A DNA stretch of 63,296 nucleotides, counting the filler, from Cercozoa sp. M6MM (taxonomy: Eukaryota; Protista; Endomyxa: Ascetosporea): NCBI GenBank assembly GCA_040357565.1. It is 9 parts of 9 records of this genome, joined end to end, with 100 filler letters (N's around TTAATTAATTAA, not from the genome) between each part and the next. Parts side by side here need not be neighbours in the genome. Positions count along the whole stretch, not along the records: positions 10,188 to 18,271 come from JBDODJ010000571.1; positions 18,372 to 29,687 come from JBDODJ010000408.1; 7 more parts are not named here. One strand, 5' to 3'. Below are positions 13,770 through 25,458 of this stretch, in pieces. Both the position numbers and the translations under genes were made by a program. A model generated the notes under the pieces. That model was not told where the DNA came from, ran no database searches, and worked only from the letters and a program-made list of their open reading frames with translations. The stretch's first letter is position 1. Each line of letters starts with the position of its first letter.

Positions 13770-13978
13770 CACCGTTATCGACACTAAGGACGTACTGCTT
13801 GCCATGTTCTAGGATACTACTGCAACAAACAGGGTCTTCTTGATCGCGTCAGTCAGTGATCAATCAAAAAAGCAAGGATAAACCTACTAGGAAGAATTGT
13901 ACGGTGATTTAGCGTTGCAGAGAAGCACGCGCAGCAACTCGCATAGTGCGCGCGTGACCCTGTGTTGGGTGTGCCTCT

Positions 13979-16900
13979 ATGTTCTGGCTTTTCAGGTATT
14001 GCATTTTTGAAATTTCGTTTGTGCTTCTTGTTTTCTTGGTGGTTTTCCGCGGTTGCTTGTAATTTCCCCCGGTTGATCCAGCGTCGTTCTAAGCGGCGTT
14101 GTAGTCGCCACAACGCCGCCCATCGACTTCTCGGTACAAACTACAAGATACTCAGATCATGTGTTATTACCGCGTCTAATCGCAGTTGCATGAGTGGACA
14201 CCGACTCAGTGGGGTGCACGTGTCACTTGGGGTACTTCAGTTGGTGATTGTCGTTTCTTTTGGTTACTGATCATTCGCTGTCGTGGCAGGTGCACTGACG
14301 ACGTCGTTTTTTCCCACCACGTCTGTACCGGCAGACTCACTCGCCGATGCAGTGCGCACTGAGTTCCCGCAGGTCGAGGATCCACGCGGCAATTACTCGT
14401 TACCGAACTACGAGTATCCACACTCTGCACTGATGCACTAGCCAAACAGCGTGCCTTTATTTAGGTGGATCGAAGATGCAACCCTGCAGTCCACAAATCT
14501 GCACGTGCCGCACGCGACATCTTACTGGATGGATGGCGGACTGACTCGACAATACCTGCCGTATCATTTCTTTGCACTATACGTTTCCGCACGAAGATTT
14601 GTGGCGAGGTTTCATGTGACCAGGTTGGACCAACTGACGTCGTTCGGCGCTTCGGGCGGTCCGCGGCGTGATGTTCTCGTACTATCTCTAGCCTAGTTCT
14701 GTGTTTAGTGAGTGGGTACATCTGCATCTGTTTTGCAGGTGACGCATCTCATGTTCTCTGCATCGGGAGACGAAGTGCACCGAGAGCAGTGCATGCGGTC
14801 TACTCTAGAGATTGTGACGTCCCCTTCGATCAGCGCTCGGTACAGTCATGTATATACGGAATGGGTTCATCCGGACAGTGTGTGCTTGTTGCAGTGTGGT
14901 CGTTGAGCCGGGTGTCCTGCACATTAACAACGGGTCCTTCACAGTCGAGCCCTCGATGGAGGTCCAGGAGGAGCACGTGTTGTACTCGACTCAGCGTCGC
15001 CTCACCGTATAACCTTCGCGCTCGTTTATGTCTCTGTCCTTTTCGTCCCTTGTACCGACATACTTTGAGCCTATGTTTAGTTGCCAGGCAAGCAAGTGCG
15101 TATCCGCGTTGCCTTCGATACCGGCCTTCCTGTAGATTTACCTAACATTTTATCAGTTTTCCGACTTGTTGTTCTAAATTTACGATCATGTCCTCGAAAC
15201 CAGGAGTTGCAAAGCGTCACCAACTATGCTCACTTGCGTCTGCTGGCACCCGCGGATGCCAATATCACGGTACATTGTGTATGGATCGAAGGAAGGTAAC
15301 CCTCTGTCTGCACAGGACGCACAGGCGCATCGTGAATTCTGCGGGTTTGCCACCGTTGTGCCTCACCTCAAAACGCCCTCGCTGCAACCCGTTGTGTACA
15401 CAGATCCATGCAAGCTTCAAGCTGGGTTTATGGCCTTTGAGCAGCAATCGCGGCGCGGTTTTCGTTGCGACCAAGGAGGACCTTGACGTTTCTGTGGTGG
15501 TGCAGCAGCTTGCGATGCCCGCTTTCTTTGGCATGGGCGTCAGTCAGCACTCTGCCGGGTATAGAGCTCTGTGCTTTGAGTTTGTCAGACCTGATGATAT
15601 GCTGCCCGTGTATTGCGACGTAGCGGTCTGGAACTCAAGCCAAGCAACGTGTGGGTGACCGAAGTGCCTCGTTTCAATGAGTCTTTTGATGTATGCTTTT
15701 GCCCATTCGTGCCCAGCCTCTTGTCTCGCTCCTGCTTATCCTGGTGAAACGTGCATAGCCAGAAATCTGGAACACAGAAGCTATCGTCGCCGTGAACAAC
15801 GACACCAACGACGCTATCTCATCCGCAGGGTAGTTTCTGGTTTCGTGTCTTCTTTTGTCCGAATGCCTTGTTCAATTATTTGTTGATCTGCGCAGATGCC
15901 GGCGCGGCGGTCTTATCCCGACGACTGTTGGCACGCGAAAAACACATCTGGTTTGCTATGTGCAAGTACCGAAAGACAGCATGCCGGTCGGGATGGTACC
16001 ATGCCCAGTGTTCCAACCACCTTCTCTGTTATCACATAAATTTATACAGTGGGGTGGCATGTCTCTGTCGGTGCGTACGCGTGTCTGGGACCATCGACGC
16101 ACGTGCACGCAACTGGTCTGTCCCTTTCCTAAATCTGACCGGTCAAGAACATGCTTTGTTTCTCCCTCCCCTTTCTTCTGTACAGCCGACAGGCTACGTT
16201 TGCGAACAACCCGAACTTTCGCTGGCGTCGAAGGAATATGTCGCAAACATTCAAACCGAGTCGATGTAGACTTTTTGTTTCTCGGTGTCCCTGTGAAGTA
16301 CTTTGCCTTACTTTGTCTCTCAGGGAATTAAGGGCCTACAAAACAGTCTCCGCTGGCGGCAGTTCGGATGGTGTCAACGGCGAGGCCATCGTCAAATCGT
16401 ACAGATGTTAGAGCAGTGCAGTTCCTGAATTATTATACTCAAAAATTTCCCGTCTCTGCGGTGTTTGTAGCTGCAAGAACTGCCACGTGTACTTTGCGAC
16501 ATACCACGATGATACGAACGAGCGCCTCTCGCCCTACCTGGTAGGAGACACCGCACCCGCCGTGTGCTGAATTATTGCTTGGGGGTAGGGACCGGAGTGG
16601 CTCAACGCGCTGATATGGTGGAAGAGCGACGCCACGTACACAGTATCTACCCTCGTACCTGAGGGTTTACCAGTTGGGACCTCGTCGCTTCTACTGTTTA
16701 TTTTTAGGCAACTAGTGGAACGATCGTGTCGGTGCCGATTCTGCCGGGCACTCGCACTCTCGTCCGTGCCTACGAAGATGGTAATCCCTCTCTCTCTCTC
16801 TCTCCCCATTTTTCCTGTTTGGCCTTCCCTTGATGCATATCTATTGGCCCCTGTTCCTGTGCAGGAATCAACGTCATGGATCCGGTGGAAGTGTGTACCG

Positions 16901-18197
16901 TCGGCGCGCCCTGTCTTGATCGCCTGGGTACTGATACCCAACTTGCACCTTTTTGTGCGCGGTATTTGTCATGTCTGTGCAGCGCCGGGAGGAAGCTACT
17001 TCTCGAGCAATTACGCGACTAATCCCATTTCTTTGGTAAATTACTCTCGAGCATTTTTATAATTTGTCTTTTGCCCCTTTCCTCTGATGCAAGTGTGCGT
17101 TTTCTCTCGGAAGGGCGACGGCATTGTCGTTCAACGACCCGACACGCCTGGCGGTGGCCCCGCTGGTGCGTTTCTTTAAAGTCAACTACTTTCCCTTTGC
17201 CGATTTGCTTGCTCTTGCAGGCAACGGCAGCACGGCCAACCTTGTAGTGAAGATGCCCAAGTTCAGTCATGCGAGCGACCTGATCATTGGCATCCGTGTC
17301 GAGGTAGCCTTTTGCTGAATTTTATCCTGATACCAACTGAAGCTATCCTGGACACGCATTACGCGTAGGCCTGGACAAACATGACGTCCCTGGCCGAGCA
17401 GTACAGTCTTCAAACACTCGCCGGCACTGGCCAGTACTGATCACCGTTCTGTCCTCTGTGTGCCTGAGACGCGTGAGCGCTTGCAGTGCTGACCTGGGAG
17501 TTAACACGTCGACGGGCGCGTCCGCACTGCCTGCAACGTATTCTTCCTTGATTCGATTCCGCAGATGGTACACATGTGTGTTAACAGCATAACGCAAGAC
17601 TTTGTCTTCACTCCGTCGGATCGCTTCATTTCAGGCGAAAAACACCTCCTGCAGGTAGATGCGAATGGCTCGCTTTTAAGTGTTCGTTTCTGAACTGATG
17701 CAGTGTCGTGATCGTACATTCAGTTGAACTGGGCGTGCGTGCCGTGGGAGCTGCAGCTGCTCCGAGTGACGCCGTTGCTGAACATGACAACCGTCGGCGC
17801 TAACAATGTACCATAACAACACTCAGTGCAACAGAGGGAGGTAGTGCCAATGGGATTGATGCTGTGTATGCGCAGGTCGTGATTCCGCCGCATTTCACGC
17901 TTTTCTTTGATCACGACCTTGGCCTGGTAGCCCTGCTCTTTGCGCAAGGAGGATTGACAGGTAGTGTTACCGTGCTTGAGTAGGAGGGCAACCTGAAGGA
18001 GTGGTTCGTGCAAGACGGACACTTCATTTTCATGCGCGTACCCGACCGTGTCTGGCCGACGCTGCGCGATTCGATGGCGGTTGTACGCGTGGTATTTTGC
18101 GTTCTCACTCAGCCGTTTTGGTTGGTACATTTTTGGTGCTCAGGTCACGCGGAGTCATGGTATCGGCCTCGACTCGTTCGCGATGGTCGAAAAACTG
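13979..18197 (+). CDS. Large multi-exon secreted/surface protein, 3'-truncated at contig end
   Basis: 17-nt first exon plus exon 2 give signal-like MFWLFSVVLSGVVVA; many short exons spaced by about 60-80 nt introns follow; no family recognised. Confidence 0.6.
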
Positions 18198-18218
18198 GTG
18201 CTGTCTTGATGGTTTTGG

Positions 18219-18271
<53 letters not shown>

Positions 18272-18449
18272 NNNNNNNNNNNNNNNNNNNNNNNNNNNNN
18301 NNNNNNNNNNNNNNNTTAATTAATTAANNNNNNNNNNNNNNNNNNNNNNNNNNNNNNNNNNNNNNNNNNNNAGGGGGTAAGAAGGGGTTAAGAAGGCAGT
18401 AAGAAGGGGGTTAGAAGGGGGTTAGAAGTAAAAGGGGGGTAAACACAAA

Positions 18450-18645
18450 CTACTGATCGCAAAGGTGTCGCGATGTGCCGACAAGACGCGGCGCAAATCC
18501 TCGGCAGTCACATTGTTCTGTGCACACACGCAGCAAGCAAATCCAACACAAAACACATGTGCGTGCTGTGTGAAAGCTTCGCTACGTTCTGAACCGCACG
18601 GTAAAAATCATCGAGCACGCCCGGCACCGACTGGGAGTTGCCCAT
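18450..18645 (-). CDS. 5' end of a gene with an N-myristoylation-type start
   Basis: MGNSQSVPGVLDDFYRA|NNVTAEDLRRVLSAHRDTFAI; MGxxxS motif; runs into the contig end. Confidence 0.55.
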
Positions 18646-19273
18646 GCTCAGCTTTTCTCCTAGCGACTTTCGAAACGAAAAACGATCGGCACAGCAAGGC
18701 ACGAAATCCCGCACTTAACACAAGCACACGTGCTGTAACGAAAGCTAGAGGCGAGTTCGTATCTGTTAAAGTGTTCATCAAGCGTGTTTTACGCTCAGTC
18801 CATGTGTGGCTACAGCCGCTTGATGCTCAGGAGATCGTGTCGGACGTTCGTGGTCAGAACACACTGCCCGCTGCTTTTAGTTTCGTTTGATACGAGCAAT
18901 GCGACTGGCATCGTCGTTCAACTCAATTGGCATGATCGCGGAAGGGAATCTTAGCCAGTGATCGAGAAATCAATGCGGTAAACATCGCAGCATGTTTTTT
19001 TGACATCGTCAGCAGCTTCAAACTGGAACCAAATGACCAATCGATGAAGGATCTATCCCGACCGGCACCAAACTAAAACAACAAACAGCTCGAATACAGC
19101 CAGAACTTTGCATAGGTATTTTGCACGTGTTCTAGTCCGTGCAAACAGATGCTAGAAACCCAACCAAACTCGCTGATGACGGTTCATTTGCCGGATCAAA
19201 AACCAAGTCAACAGATTTCTTGCACCACTTGTTGCACTTGAGTGTGTGCGTGTGTGTGATATGGCATAAACAC

Positions 19274-22200
19274 ATGCGTTCAAGTGTTGCACGTGTGGCT
19301 CGTCGCTTGACTCGTGTCTCATGGCGCACCGTTTTCGTGCCAGAGCCACCCGAGGCCAGTGAGCAGGTGGCCTGTTCCACCCCCCCCCCCCCACACACAT
19401 CCCATAACTGATAAGCAGCAACTTGTGTGCTGCGTAGTCGCCAGAGGAGACGAACGAAGCGATCGGGGAGGAGCTGACGAGGGAGCATGCGTTTCTCCTC
19501 CACATGACCACACTACGCGAGACGTCCGCTCGGATGCAGACTTTGAAGAGTCCAGAGTTGCTGAGCGTTGCGATTAAGTCTTGTCGTGCTGGCGATTTGC
19601 TTGTCTTTCATACAGGTACATTTACACTCGTACGGTACCGGAATCCAGACTCACTGGGGTGTAGCCATGGCCGAGTTGGTCCAGTCTGCGTCCGAGCAGG
19701 ACGACAGTTTGGACATCGCGCAGGTGGCTACACTGACGCATGTGCTGACTCACCGTCATCTCACTGCTTTGTATCACTCTGTATACATACCGTGTGTCCA
19801 TTCTGTGTCCTGTCCATATGTACTGTGTGTATGAACTGTCCATGTGTACGGTGTAGCCAGCAGATGCCGCAGTACAGCAAGGCACTGCAGCAACTGGTGT
19901 GGCTGTGTCTGAGTCGCTGCAAACTCGAGCACTCTGAGGTAGTGACTGACTCCCCTCTCTCTTTACACACTTCTTGACACACTTCTTTACCCTCCCGTAG
20001 GGTGTCAAAGCGACATGTGTCCACATGGCCGAGATCACGCGGACTTTGCTCAGTCTGTGCCAACACACGACGTGCCGCTCCGATACGCAGCTCGCGCTCC
20101 TGTGTCTCTCGCTTGCGGTAGACGCTTTAGCCCTCCTCTTACCCCCCTCCCCCATTTCAACCCCACTTTTTTATTTCCCATTTTACCCAATTTGCTCCCT
20201 TTCTTCCTCCCCATTCAACCCTCATTTATCACTCATTTTATCCCCCGTTTTAATATCCGATTTGCACCTGCTTTAGTCACTTTACCTCTGCTTTAACTGC
20301 CATTTACCCATTTTACTCCGTTCTTACCCCCCATTTTACCCTCCATTTTACACCCATATCCCCTCCAATTTTACTCTCCATTTTACACCCATTTCCCCCT
20401 CCCATTTTACCCTATTTGAGCCCCTATTATACCGCGTCTACCCTCCATTTAACTTGCATTTAACCCTCCAGAGAGAACACCTGGAGCTGTCCAAGAAACG
20501 CGTGGCGTACCTGTCGAGTCTGCACGCTCTGTGGAGCACGCTGGAGTAGCCTTCCTGTATCACTGGGAGGGGGTAGGAGTAGGTAAAGAGAGGGGTAAAG
20601 AGGGTAGACAGGGGTAAACAGGGGGGGGGGGGGTAAAAAGCTGACTCACGAGCAGGCGCATCTACTGGCGACCGAAAGTTCCAGCCAAAATCAAAAACGC
20701 CATCGCACTCGAGGTACATGCGATGCCCAACTTTTATTCCCATCCCCTCCTACTCCCTTACCCCCCCCCCCCCCCNNNNNNNNNNNNNNNNNNNNNNNNN
20801 NNNNNNNNNNNNNNNNNNNNNNNNNNNNNNNNNNNNNNNNNNNNNNNNNNNNNNNNNNNNNNNNNNNNNNNNNNNCATCGCACTCGAGGTACATGCGATG
20901 CCCAACTTTTTTTCCCCCCCCCCCCCCCTCCCCCCTCCCCCCCCCCCCCCAGAAACTGCGCCTGATGGACGTTGTAGCCGAGTACAAACGGCAGCAGCGG
21001 CGACCCCGACCGACGCGACTCGACTCGATGCGAAAACTGACGCAACTAATCGAGTCTATCCCGAGTCTTCAGCTGGAGGTAGGCGACAATCTCCGACCTA
21101 CCTACCTACCTATCTATCCACCCACCTACCTACCCACCTTTCCAACTCAGTTTGTTTGCGAGAGCAGGAAGAACAAGTGCCTGACCCAGAAGAGTCTCAA
21201 CTTGAGGAATCTCAACTTGAAGAATCTTCTCTCCTTGGAGAATCATCATTGCAACTTCATCGAATCTTCGAATCTGAGATCTCTCAATTTGAGAAGCCTG
21301 AGGAACCAGAGTCACAAGAGTCTCAAGTTCCGCTTGAAGCATCTCAAGTTCCAACCAAAGTTGAAGAATCTCAAGTTCCAACCGAAGTTGACGAATCTCA
21401 AGTTCCAACTGAAGTTGTTGAGGAATCTCAACTCGTGGTTGAAGAAACGCAAACAGAAGAAGATGCAGACGAAACAGCGACTGCTGCTGATTCGAAGCGA
21501 CAGCAAGAGTCGCAACTGGCAGTTAACGTTGCAGATGAGACTGAGGCGACTCATGAGATTGAGCCGGCATTGCTGGCCTTTTTGAATGAGTGGGACCGCT
21601 TCGAGTTGGGTAATCTTCCTTCCTTTAATGCTTTCCTCTTTAATGCCCTTAACTTTCCATGGCCCAGTGTTGGAGTCGATCGAAATCGACCAGGACTGTC
21701 ACAGAATGAAAGTGAACGACCTGGCGACAGCATGCCAGTTGATCGACCAAGCGACGTGTGCGCTTGCTCGCACGTGAGTTTACTTTGCCGCTTTAGCTCT
21801 TATTTGTCCTCACCCGGTTGTCTGCAGAGAGAACGCGCAGTTCGAAAGCTTCTGGATCGAGCAGATTGAAGTGCAAACGCGCTTCTTCTGGCAGTGTCTG
21901 ATCGATCCAGAGTTGCGTTTCCTACAGGTGTGCTTTCCTGTGTCTTGCTATGCTAACTGACTGAACTGAGGGTTACCTAACGCGCTGCAGGAAGAGACGG
22001 AAACTTGTGAGGCAATTAGTACGGCCACGAGTGCTCTGCTCAATGTTCAAAAACGTCTGCGTGAGTTTCAAGAACCGGAGGACTCGTCGCCTGAAGAGAC
22101 TGCACGCACATGTCTCAAACTCGCGGTCAGTTGTGTTTTTCTGTTCACACAGCACACATAAAATTGTTTTTGCACGCAGAGAGAACACTTCAATCAACTG

Positions 22201-22707
22201 CAACATGGACAAACTGCCTACCTAGGCAGTCTGAATCTTCTGTGGCAGACTCTCAGGTGAGTTACGCCCTCTCATTTTGATTGCACTATCCAATGGACAG
22301 AAACACACTCTGCAGTACTTGTTTCGCTGCCTTGTCGGATGAACTTGCTGCTGAACTCGTTGAAGAGGTTTTTCTTCTCTTTTTGCTCTTTGTATTTGTC
22401 GCTGTCCTCAACTTGAGTTGTTTTTCCCTTTGAGCAGAAAGAGCGACTGACCGCCAGTTTGCAAACAAGCCTGACTCGTGATCGACTGCAGACACTCCAG
22501 GCAAGCCTCAGCGTCATTCAGTCTCCTATAACAGAGTCCGAAGAATTAACTGACGTCGAGCTGGAGCCAAAGACAGAGTCAAAACCGGAGAAAACTCAGC
22601 GCCGGACCAGCTCAGGTTTGACCGTGGGCAAACTGAAGCGTCTGCTGCGTCAGCACGATTTCGACATCAATCCCGTTCCTCGTTCGGCCCGTGTTCAACC
22701 ACTCTAG
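19274..22707 (+). CDS. Hypothetical protein with an acidic SQ/TQ-rich repeat exon (start uncertain)
   Basis: Exon chain continues across the 20776-20875 gap (..TLE|RIYWRPKVPAKIKNAIALE|KLRLMDVV..|EEQVPDPEESQLEESQL..); stop ends 22707. Confidence 0.6.
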
Positions 22708-22825
22708 TTTCGAGTTGTTGTTTCTTTTGCATTGCACCGGTGAAATCTCTGCACGGCATAAGGATCCAGTCGGGACCGGAGATGCCGTACGAAAAAGTGC
22801 CCAGTTAGTTGCCTAACCAACTATC

Positions 22826-22868
22826 TATGTAGTTCCCTGCACCAGTCCGGGGTGGGGGTCGCAAGAGC
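22826..22868 (-). repeat. Short dispersed repeat, LINE 3'-tail-like copy
   Basis: tatgtagttccctgcaccagtccggggtgggggtcgcaagagc matches 4343-4384 and 33633-33657. Confidence 0.6.
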
Positions 22869-23051
22869 TAGTACGAGAGGAGTCGTAGTCTCACATCATA
22901 CGCACGATGGCGTCACGTATATTCAGTAGTTTCTGTCGTTTACATTAACTGGATCAGTCTACAATTGTTGCAGTGCCGACTCGTAGCGTAGTTGTGATTC
23001 GACAACTAAACTGAACCGAACGTGCGCATTGTGGAGACGAGACTCCGTGGC

Positions 23052-23770
23052 TTACTGCGGGTCCACCTTGATCCACTGCTCTTCGACAGTGGCCGCTTGG
23101 CGGAACATTGCAGCGATCGGCTACCATACAGAACAAACCGTGAATACAGCAGTACAGGGAATCGAGACAAGAAGAAAACGTACGCAGCGTTGGTGCACGA
23201 GCGAAGCGAGCTCATCGACCTGCTCCTGCGAGGCAGGCGTCGTCACTTTGGCCACAAGCTTCACGTGCTGAAAGTGGGCCGGAACTGTACGAACAGGGAA
23301 AACTTACAGCCAATGCAAATTGATACGTACACAGTCTGCGCATGATGTTGATGTTACCTAGGTTGTCATTGTCGTCGCGCTTGCCGATCCATGCGCGCGC
23401 GTCCCACTTGGCCTCAACGTCGAACTCGATCTTCTGCAAGTCAAGTTTCAGCACGTTCTTCGACACCGAGAATGCCGTCGCCTCCGAGCAGCCCGTCAGA
23501 GCGGCCAGGGCCGTGTGCAGCGGCGTCGGTCCTTCGTCAGCACCCCCTGCGGCAGCGGGCTCATCCGTGACAATCTTGTGCTTATCGGCGTGGGTGATGC
23601 ACTGAAAAGCAAGGCAAATTGAAGTGCGAAAACGACCAAAACGCGGCTGCGGAGACATTTACCTGCCAGCCTGCGCCGTCAGCAGTGACCTTGACCTTGC
23701 GCCACATGGGCGCGTTTCGCGCGAACTGACGCACTTGCTTCGTCGAGACACGAGCGATTCCTTGCATCAT
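23052..23770 (-). CDS. OsmC/Ohr-family peroxidase with probable mitochondrial presequence (4 exons)
   Basis: TDEPAAAGGADEGPTP..LAALTGCSEAT..VHQRCPIA with both family cysteines; Arg-rich, acid-free N-terminus MMQGIARVSTKQVRQFARN. Confidence 0.88.
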
Positions 23771-24042
23771 TTTTGCACTGCGTTTGCAAAACCGAGGATT
23801 AACTGCAAGTTTGATGAGCAAAATGGCAATCCACCTTGCAAATATTGGGATGTAGCGTCGGCTTATAAGCGAAAGAGAGCGCGAGAGCAGTTTTTCGCAT
23901 TGCAGGATTGGGTGTTGTACCCATGCAAAAACGCTTCCACAACTACCACCGATCGAGACCCAGCATTGCCAAAATGACCAGCTGTAATCAGAAAGATGAA
24001 TATCGTGCGCGCTAGAGCACTTGAGCAGAGTGGATCTTTAGT

Positions 24043-24580
24043 ATGGACAGCTCTGCGAAGCCTAGTGCAGAGCCAGACATCACGTTGGCAGATGCAGTGA
24101 CCTTTGTTTTTCTGGGTTAGTTCTTTCAGCCGTGGCATTGATGTCGGTGTGTTGACTGTGTTTCGCGTTGTCAGTGGGAGGTCAGTTGCTGCCGTACGTG
24201 AAGCAGTACGGCGAACTGCGGGCAGGCCGCGGGCAAGGGTTCTCCACCATGGTTCCCTTGGTGCTGATTGCATGCAATACTCTGCGCGTGCTGTTCTGGA
24301 TTGGTTGGTTCGTCCTTTGCACTGAAGAAAGCTTCGAACAACAGGGACTGACGAAACTTGTTGCGCAGGTGAGCAGTTTGAAGCTGCGCTGCTCGTGCAG
24401 TCGATCGTGATGATTCTGGCCATGTGGGCCATGATGCATGCACTCACCCAGGCGCGTCAGTTGTCCTTGTTGTCATACTTGGCACCCTGGCTGCTGGCGT
24501 GTCTTGTGGCCTACCCAATCACTGTTGCTCTGTCTCCTGCGTCGCCAAAGTTTGTCTCCACCCTGGTTTCATTGTCCGTG

Positions 24581-24621
<41 letters not shown>

Positions 24622-25128
24622 TTGATATTTATATGTATGGTATGTAAACACCTGTGTTATTGACAGGGCTACCTGGCACTGGGTTCCGAATCGCTCCTAG
24701 CGCTGCCGCAGTACTTGCAGAACCGCGGCAACAGATCGTAACTTGAGTCTCTGACTCTGGTATAGTACCCTCCTGTATCATTGCTTTGTTTGCACAAAGA
24801 ACGGCGGGACTGGAGGTCTCGATGCCGGTCATCTGGCTGGTCGCTGACCTGGCGAAAACGGCGCTCTTTGTTCTACGGGCATCGCCGCTGCAGTTCGTCT
24901 TGTGCGGCTTGATGCAAGGTCAGTTTTTTTTTTAACTCCAGTTTCGTGTACATATACTCGTGTCACCACTCCTGGACAGTCACGCTGGACTGCGCAATCC
25001 TGGGGCAGATCGTCGCTTTTGCTTCGCTGTCGACGGCGCCGCAGGACACCAACGCGCGCATCGCAAAGCGGCTACCGGCGCCACTCGTCGGACTCTGCAG
25101 GTTCCTCTTCGATCCCGCGTTTGCATAG
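24043..25128 (+). CDS. PQ-loop repeat membrane protein (PQLC1/SLC66A2-like)
   Basis: [82 protein letters not shown]. Confidence 0.88.
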
Positions 25129-25458
25129 AAACGACTGCAATCTAAAGTTTTTCCGTCAAGCGATCCTTAGTTAGAACACTTGGCTTGTAAATTTGTACCG
25201 TATTCAAGCACACGTCTACTCTCAAAACCGCATTTTTTGGTTGAGAGAGCGCACCCTTAATAATTCGCACAGAAGCACTTCGCGCTCTCGGGGCGCTGAT
25301 CTCGACTCGCGACGGAGTGTGAAGCAGTCACAAGCACTGCAAGTCGCAGCGCAGACTCTCATCAGGCGGCCTTGCAGACGTAGGGTGCGTTTCCATGATT
25401 GACCAGATGATGAGTTTTCCTCCCTCGCGATGTGTGGTGCGTGTTTCATTTGCCGCAG

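Noticed and set aside
20701-20910. Duplicated catcgcactcgaggtacatgcgatgcccaactttt on both sides of a gap
   Set aside because: Most simply an unmerged scaffold overlap at a poly-C tract
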